A stretch of DNA of 64,000 bases from contig RPGO01000009.1 in the NCBI GenBank assembly GCA_004193545.1, positions 15,166 to 79,165 on the forward strand, given 5' to 3'. This DNA comes from Candidatus Argoarchaeum ethanivorans (GTDB lineage Archaea > Halobacteriota > Methanosarcinia > Methanosarcinales > EX4572-44). Below the pieces are notes generated by a model that was given only the letters and a program-made list of their open reading frames with translations, did no database searches and was not told where the DNA came from. Positions 58,437-64,000 of this stretch are shown one piece after another. The position numbers and the translations under genes are program-made. Position 1 is the first letter of the stretch, and each line of letters opens with the position of its first letter.

Positions 58437-58904
58437 ATGATAAGTAAATTCGTAGCTCTTGATGAGATGGACAAAAAACTGTTAAATCTCATCCAGCTTG
58501 ATTTTCCTTTAGCAAAACAACCTTTCAAAGAATTGGGTGAAGAACTTGGAACCTCGGAAAAGGAGATTATGATGCGCATTGAAAGGCTAATTACCGAGGG
58601 GGTAATAAGACGCATCGGACCAATCATCAACACCAGAAATGCAGGGGGTGTAAGCACTCTTGCCGCAGTTAAAGCAGAGAAGGATAAAATCAGTGAGGTA
58701 GCAAACATCATCAGCGAATACGATGAAGTCTCACACAACTACCTTCGGGGCGGGAACTACAACATCTGGTTTACCGTATCAGCAGCAAACAAAGCAGAAC
58801 TTAATCGGATAATTCGTGAGATAAAGGTGCAGACCGGATGCCCACTGATTGAACTGCCTACGAAAAGATTGTTTAAGATAGGCGTCAAATTTGAGATACG
58901 CTAA
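58437..58904 (+). CDS. Siroheme decarboxylase subunit (AhbA/AhbB, NirD/L/G/H family, Lrp/AsnC-like)
   Basis: LDEMDKKLLNLIQLDFPLAKQPFKELG...GVIRRIGPIIN...VSHNY.R....N.WF. Confidence 0.75.
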   Translation: MISKFVALDEMDKKLLNLIQLDFPLAKQPFKELGEELGTSEKEIMMRIERLITEGVIRRIGPIINTRNAGGVSTLAAVKAEKDKISEVANIISEYDEVSHNYLRGGNYNIWFTVSAANKAELNRIIREIKVQTGCPLIELPTKRLFKIGVKFEIR

Positions 58905-58921
58905 AGACCCGGACGCTTACA

Positions 58922-61900
58922 CTATCTCTTCCTGTAACCGCTATAGATGGCAGCAAGAAGCACAACGACAATGATTACTGCCAGAAACGGTGCCCCGGAA
59001 AGTAGAGATATTGCAGAACTAGCAGCATCGCTTACGGTCTGAACTTCCATTTCATAGCCTTCGACATGCTGGGAAGATTCTGACGCCTTTTGTACATTCT
59101 CACCAACACTTCCCTGCTGTGTCTGGTTAGAATCTCCCCCTTTAGCTGGTATTATCTTTCCTTGATTTTCAGTTCCACCCCCGCTATCATCACTTGTTGT
59201 CTGGCTGCTTGCACTGGTTTTCCCGGCTGCAGCATCAACGATCTTACGATATTTGGCATAAGTTTCATCTGAGACCACGCCAGGCACCGAGACAACGCCT
59301 TTCACGAAGTCATCAAGGAACGGGTTTCCACAGGTGTGATGGCAGCAGGTGACACCGTGCTCCACGATTGAGTCCATGTACTCGGAGATTAATTTATCCC
59401 GTACTTCATTCGACGGGATCCAGTGTTCCTTGCGTATTGTCTCAAGCATCCTGCCGGTCATGGACTGGTATGCGTAAGGATTATTATCGTTTGTGAACGT
59501 GTTTATATCCAGATTGTTGTAATCATCGTTGTTGTATGCACCATTTACGTACACATCATAGACCTGCTGCCACATATTATCGGTGATCATGTCCGGAATT
59601 GTTGCCTCCCAGCCCCAGAGATATTCAACGAATCTGCTCATTTCCCGCCCACCTGCATAACCCTCGCCCATCATCCCCTTGATCCATTTTGGATTGAGGT
59701 ATCTGGTTCTGAGTTCTCTTTGGATTACCGACTCCAGTGTTGATGCAGTTGGATTGCCGTCAGGATCGCGATTATCAGTAACATAGAAATCAGGACTGCC
59801 TTCTCCCCCGCTCGCTGTGTATGCAAGAGCAAGCCCGCCAACGTACTGGAAAACATCGTCATTATCGATGAACCCGTACAGATTCGAGTTCGTGTTGTGG
59901 ACGATCGCATCGGTCTGTGCCAGATTAAGACGGAACATTTCCTCACTCGAAATGCCCCAGGCACTGTCGCCATAAATGTAGTTCATTCGGCTGATGAAGA
60001 GTTCGCCGATCTTTGAACTGTTATTCCAGGTCCCGCTTGCCCCGATTGCAGAATCGAGATTTGGCCCATACGTACCCGGTGCTTCAAGAAATATTCTTGA
60101 CATCGAAAGATACTTTGCTTCTTCTTCAGTATATTTTCCTGTTGCATTCAAGACTTCAAATATTGCCTTCGAGTTCTCTTTGACGTAGTTTGGATATGCT
60201 GTGCCGTTTGGATACGTATCATTTGCAGTCGCTGCAAGTCGAATCGCCCTGTCGATCAGTTTCAGCGCGTTTGGAGCAAAGTCTCGTTCCAGTCCGGATG
60301 GAACAACCATAACATCGATTCGCGAGCGATTAAGCTCGCTTACCGGTATCAGTTCGACATCGATGACCTTGTCGTATTCATCCCTGACAGGCTTTGTCCC
60401 GACAAGTCTCAAGATCTCAGACTCAACCACTCCGCCGTCTGTGGTGCACCATGCCCAGAGCACGATTGTGAACTTTCGCGGATAGCTGTTGTTATGGTCT
60501 GTAAGGTAGCATTCGATGAGTGTATCTGCCATCTTTGTACCGATCTTGTATGCGGTTTCTGTTGGTATGCGATCCGGGTTTAATGAATGGAAATTCCTGC
60601 CTGTTGGGAGCGCATCAGGGTCTCTGATCGGATCGTCAGCAGTCGATGGTGGGATGTAGCTGCCGTTTAAGCCTTCAAGAGTCCTCTCTACTTCTATCGT
60701 GCAGTTAGCAATCCTCCCTGCAAATACAATCGATCGATTCAGATACATAGTGATGTTTGCAGTAGCGTTCTCATTTGGAGAATATTTACTGAATGTGAGG
60801 TTTTCCGCTTCTTCCGGGGTTGTTTTATTCAATATCACGTATTCAAGCAGTTTAGTGGTACAGTTGTCCAGTTCTAAATTCTTGTCCAGTCTTGTAGAAT
60901 TTGGATAATCGTAATACTCGATCCGATCAGCGACTGCCCCAGTGTAGCCCTTTCTGAGCATCGATTTAATAAGCGAGATTAATGGTTCGCCCCCAGGCAG
61001 CGGTTCACGTGCTGGAGGTTCGCCGAATGTGTGCAGTCCATAAGGCATAAACTCATTCTTTAGATTGTAGAGATAATCAGCAAGTTCGCTGAGGAACTCT
61101 TCAAAAGCAAGATCGTCTGCTGCGGTTGCGTTCAGATCATCGATGCACAGATCTTCATCAAGATGTAAATCGCGGCAGGTAGATATGATTGTTTCTTTAT
61201 GTTCTTCCTGCGCTGCAAGGTAATAATCCTCGATTGTCTTTAAGAGGTTGGTGTAATTGCCGTACAACCCGGCAGCAACGATCGGGGGTGTAAGATGTGT
61301 AATCATCGTTGCGCTTCCTCTTCTCTTTGCCTGTGTGCCTTCGGCAATGTTGTCAACGATGTAAGGGTAGATCACAGGAATATCCTGGATCAGGATTGAA
61401 GGCCAGCAATCCCTGCCTGATAGCCCGGTCTCCTTTCCCGGGAGCCACTCCTGTGTGCCGTGTTTCCCAAAGTGGATGATTGCATCTGCACCGAATTCGT
61501 GCTTGAGCCAGAGATAGAATGCAATGTACTGGTGGTGCGGTGGGATGTCTTTGTTATGGTAGAGAACTGTATTGTTCTGAAGCCAGCCTCTGGTTGGTTG
61601 TGGCGCAAGGATCACGTTTCCGAACGAGAGTTTCGGAACCACAAAGTACTCTTCTCCTGTTGTCTCGTTCTCCCACGTCATAATCTCGCCTGGAGGCTTC
61701 CCCCACCGCTCGATAACTTCTTTCTGCCGCTCATCATCGAGTTCGTGGAACCATTCGATGTAAGAATTCACAGGAATACGGGTTACATTCCCGGCGGCAG
61801 CCATTTTCTCGAGTTCTCCTGGCGCCCATGTTCCAACGTTTGTGCCCTCGTGCATCATCAGGTCGATGAGTGCTTTTTCACCAGGTATTTCTCCTGTTAT

Positions 61901-64000
61901 GTTGTATCCCGATTCATTCATTGCAGATACGATATTTTTGAGACTTGGAGGAACATTGACGTAACATGCACCGATGTTATCCTTACCGCCGCCGTGATTG
62001 TAGTAGATCATAGCAATCTTCTTATCCTTGTTTGGAACATGGCGGAGATGCCCCCACGAAATTATCCGATCGCAGGTCCAGTTAATCTGCTCGTCGATTG
62101 GCAGATATTCGTAATCTGATGCGTTCTTTCCAGCAATAACGATCGGGTCGATGATGCCATCGAGTTCTGGGAGCCCAACCTGGAAGCCGAGATCCATGAT
62201 TGAGATGCCGTGACTTGTTTCATTCCTCCATAGAGAAGGCGGCATGTAATACAACCGGACTGCTTTCATCACAGGAACATTCAGGGTTTTAAGGTCTGTA
62301 ACCCCTTTAGCAGAATCATCGAAGTTGATACGGAATGATTTTGTACAGATGATGGCATCAACGATCGTTCTGTTGTTTATGAAATAAAACTCCTTTAGAT
62401 GGGCAGTTCCAGTGAATCCTATGGAAATAACGTTTGCCCCTTTTTCTTCCAGTGTATGGATGAGTTTTTCTATTTCAGGCGATTTTGTGGATTCATGCCA
62501 GTTTGCAATGCCAATCGTGATGTTGCTCTGGTTGTAGTGATAGCCAGTCTCGTTTGTTTCATCTGAGTACCACTTAAGGTACTCTCCGGTATTGAAAAAC
62601 AATTCCTGAGTACCAGGATGATGGATATATGCCTTCGGAATTGGAATTGGATCCTTTATATCCCCGATCAGCCCGCAGAAGTTAACCTCGAGATACGTCA
62701 GCAACCGTGCGATGTTCCCCTCATCACAGTTATCCCAGTACTGCTTGATGAATGGATGCATAGTCAGGTTGACATTTCCAAAAATATCGTCATAAGCATC
62801 TGAATGAATACTGATGATTGAAATTCCAGTTCCAGTTCCGTTTGCAGTTTCAATTGGATTTTTAAGCTTTTCAGCAGTTTCACCACCAACATGCTCAAGA
62901 AATATCAGATCGTATCCTGTCAGATCGATTCCGCTTGGAACCTCTGATGGATGAAGGAGTGTTATGTTCAGATTGCATGAATGAGACACGGTTTCAATGA
63001 ATTCGTGCCTCTCTGCCGCGATTACAATTGCTTCTGGTTTCTTCTTGATAACCTGTGTCGTAATTTCGATTACCATTGCAGCATTTTCTGGAGTGCTCGC
63101 AGCGTCGCCATAATAGAACGTGACCACATCGCGGGCATCGCTCGAATCGTTCAACACGCACTCGTTTGCATCCCCCACCGGCTTTGAACTGTTTGGATAG
63201 TTCACCCAGTAGTGCCAGAATCTCCCCCCGGAAACATCATTCGATACATCTGCGATCGAGTCCACAAAAGCAGAACAGGAATCGTTCACCGTGAAATTGA
63301 AATTCCCGTACCATGGCCCAGCGGCCCGTATGAATGCACCGAGTGCTGTTACGCGATCGACCGTGTAGTTTATGCCGCTGTTTTGTGCTGTCACATTCAG
63401 TGTCTCGCCCCCCAAGAGCACCATATTTCCCTTCCAGATACCAAATGCGTAGAGATATCCGGTGTCTGATCCCATGTAGAGGATTCCATCAGAGACCGAC
63501 GGCTGCGCCATATTGTAGTCGTTAGTGTCATAACTCCATATCAGGGTGCCATCATCTGCATCGAAACAATAGATCGTGCCCTCTGCATTGTTGGCTGCGG
63601 TGTAGACCATGCCGTCTGCAACGACCGGCGATGAGCGACATGCCCCATTCAGTGTTTGATTCCAGACCTCGCTTCCATCGATTGCATTGATGCAGTTCAT
63701 CTTTTTGTCTTTGTCGCCGATGTAGATTCTGCCGTTCGATATCGCAGGCGAAGAGAGTGAACCATAAAGATACCTACTCCAGACGAGGGTCCCTGTCGTA
63801 GTATTGACGGCATACAGCTTCTTGTCTGGTTTTCCTGTTGCAAAGTACACAATCCCATCATGGACAGCAGGTGTTGTTGATACCTCACTGTCACCAACAT
63901 TGAATCTCCATACCTTTGTGTGATTTGTAATGTCAACGCAGTTCATCGCGTTTCCCCCGCCAAAGAAGAGTTTACTGCCATCGGTTGCAGCAGACATATA
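58922..64000 (-). CDS. Giant predicted surface protein: PQQ-like beta-propeller, DUF4430-like module, CobN/Mg-chelatase-like domain, S/T-rich linker and C-terminal TM anchor. The 5' end lies outside the window.
   Basis: More than 1691 aa with no stop to the window edge. PQQ repeats (GIVYFAT, GRIYIGD, GMVYTAA, GILYMGS). GGRFWHYWVNY...VVTFYYG (DUF4430-like). A long CobN-like core (…HFGKHGTQEWLPGKE…, TMITHLTPP, LDGSYIPP). C-terminus SGAPFLAVIIVVVLLAAIYSGYRKR (PGF-CTERM-like). Many N-x-S/T sequons. Confidence 0.75.
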   Translation of the reverse strand, partial: YMSAATDGSKLFFGGGNAMNCVDITNHTKVWRFNVGDSEVSTTPAVHDGIVYFATGKPDKKLYAVNTTTGTLVWSRYLYGSLSSPAISNGRIYIGDKDKKMNCINAIDGSEVWNQTLNGACRSSPVVADGMVYTAANNAEGTIYCFDADDGTLIWSYDTNDYNMAQPSVSDGILYMGSDTGYLYAFGIWKGNMVLLGGETLNVTAQNSGINYTVDRVTALGAFIRAAGPWYGNFNFTVNDSCSAFVDSIADVSNDVSGGRFWHYWVNYPNSSKPVGDANECVLNDSSDARDVVTFYYGDAASTPENAAMVIEITTQVIKKKPEAIVIAAERHEFIETVSHSCNLNITLLHPSEVPSGIDLTGYDLIFLEHVGGETAEKLKNPIETANGTGTGISIISIHSDAYDDIFGNVNLTMHPFIKQYWDNCDEGNIARLLTYLEVNFCGLIGDIKDPIPIPKAYIHHPGTQELFFNTGEYLKWYSDETNETGYHYNQSNITIGIANWHESTKSPEIEKLIHTLEEKGANVISIGFTGTAHLKEFYFINNRTIVDAIICTKSFRINFDDSAKGVTDLKTLNVPVMKAVRLYYMPPSLWRNETSHGISIMDLGFQVGLPELDGIIDPIVIAGKNASDYEYLPIDEQINWTCDRIISWGHLRHVPNKDKKIAMIYYNHGGGKDNIGACYVNVPPSLKNIVSAMNESGYNITGEIPGEKALIDLMMHEGTNVGTWAPGELEKMAAAGNVTRIPVNSYIEWFHELDDERQKEVIERWGKPPGEIMTWENETTGEEYFVVPKLSFGNVILAPQPTRGWLQNNTVLYHNKDIPPHHQYIAFYLWLKHEFGADAIIHFGKHGTQEWLPGKETGLSGRDCWPSILIQDIPVIYPYIVDNIAEGTQAKRRGSATMITHLTPPIVAAGLYGNYTNLLKTIEDYYLAAQEEHKETIISTCRDLHLDEDLCIDDLNATAADDLAFEEFLSELADYLYNLKNEFMPYGLHTFGEPPAREPLPGGEPLISLIKSMLRKGYTGAVADRIEYYDYPNSTRLDKNLELDNCTTKLLEYVILNKTTPEEAENLTFSKYSPNENATANITMYLNRSIVFAGRIANCTIEVERTLEGLNGSYIPPSTADDPIRDPDALPTGRNFHSLNPDRIPTETAYKIGTKMADTLIECYLTDHNNSYPRKFTIVLWAWCTTDGGVVESEILRLVGTKPVRDEYDKVIDVELIPVSELNRSRIDVMVVPSGLERDFAPNALKLIDRAIRLAATANDTYPNGTAYPNYVKENSKAIFEVLNATGKYTEEEAKYLSMSRIFLEAPGTYGPNLDSAIGASGTWNNSSKIGELFISRMNYIYGDSAWGISSEEMFRLNLAQTDAIVHNTNSNLYGFIDNDDVFQYVGGLALAYTASGGEGSPDFYVTDNRDPDGNPTASTLESVIQRELRTRYLNPKWIKGMMGEGYAGGREMSRFVEYLWGWEATIPDMITDNMWQQVYDVYVNGAYNNDDYNNLDINTFTNDNNPYAYQSMTGRMLETIRKEHWIPSNEVRDKLISEYMDSIVEHGVTCCHHTCGNPFLDDFVKGVVSVPGVVSDETYAKYRKIVDAAAGKTSASSQTTSDDSGGGTENQGKIIPAKGGDSNQTQQGSVGENVQKASESSQHVEGYEMEVQTVSDAASSAISLLSGAPFLAVIIVVVLLAAIYSGYRKR

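Overview
The window is a 64 kb archaeal chromosomal segment. By inference it comes from a cytochrome-containing member of the Methanosarcinales, either ANME-2d/Methanoperedens-like or Methanosarcina-like. The supporting gene content is aIF2-gamma, Rpo7, Spt4, archease plus RtcB, HdrE/HdrD-like genes, a Cys-type CcmE, alternative heme (Ahb) genes and PGF-CTERM proteins.

Most of the window is housekeeping:
- FeoA, HPS-RraA fusion, HtpX, aminotransferases, archease-RtcB
- Thioredoxin, MobB-MoaE, tRNA-Glu(CUC), OtsA, PdxS, GrpE-DnaK
- CbiMNQO, PurC, aIF2g-PIN-Rpo7-Spt4-DPCK, PhoU-PstSCA, AhbD plus a siroheme decarboxylase subunit

Several things stand out from that background:
1. Two AT-rich (by eye) mini-islands carry defence-like cargo. 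One is a SIR2-TPR gene split by an IS630 element. The other is a 622-aa protein with a DUF4365-like nuclease motif, followed by a PRiA4_ORF3 gene. Both are bracketed by homologous structured elements upstream and downstream. The downstream elements are attC-like imperfect palindromes with compensatory stem changes, and one island sits next to a truncated tyrosine recombinase.
2. A family of 8-9 bp-stem hairpin repeats (REP-like) forms clusters in many intergenic regions, often at truncation or rearrangement points.
3. The cbiMNQO operon is flanked by a roughly 120-bp direct repeat that duplicates the 5' end and promoter of the neighbouring aminotransferase gene. A solo IS-end-like sequence lies next to it.
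4. Two insertion sequences have transposase genes split at poly-A runs in the -1 frame.
5. A very large predicted surface protein combines a PQQ propeller, a DUF4430-like module and a CobN domain.
6. There are several decayed genes: AOR, CopA, EngB, an integrase and transposase debris.

All calls come from reading the sequence and the ORF translations. No database searches were run.
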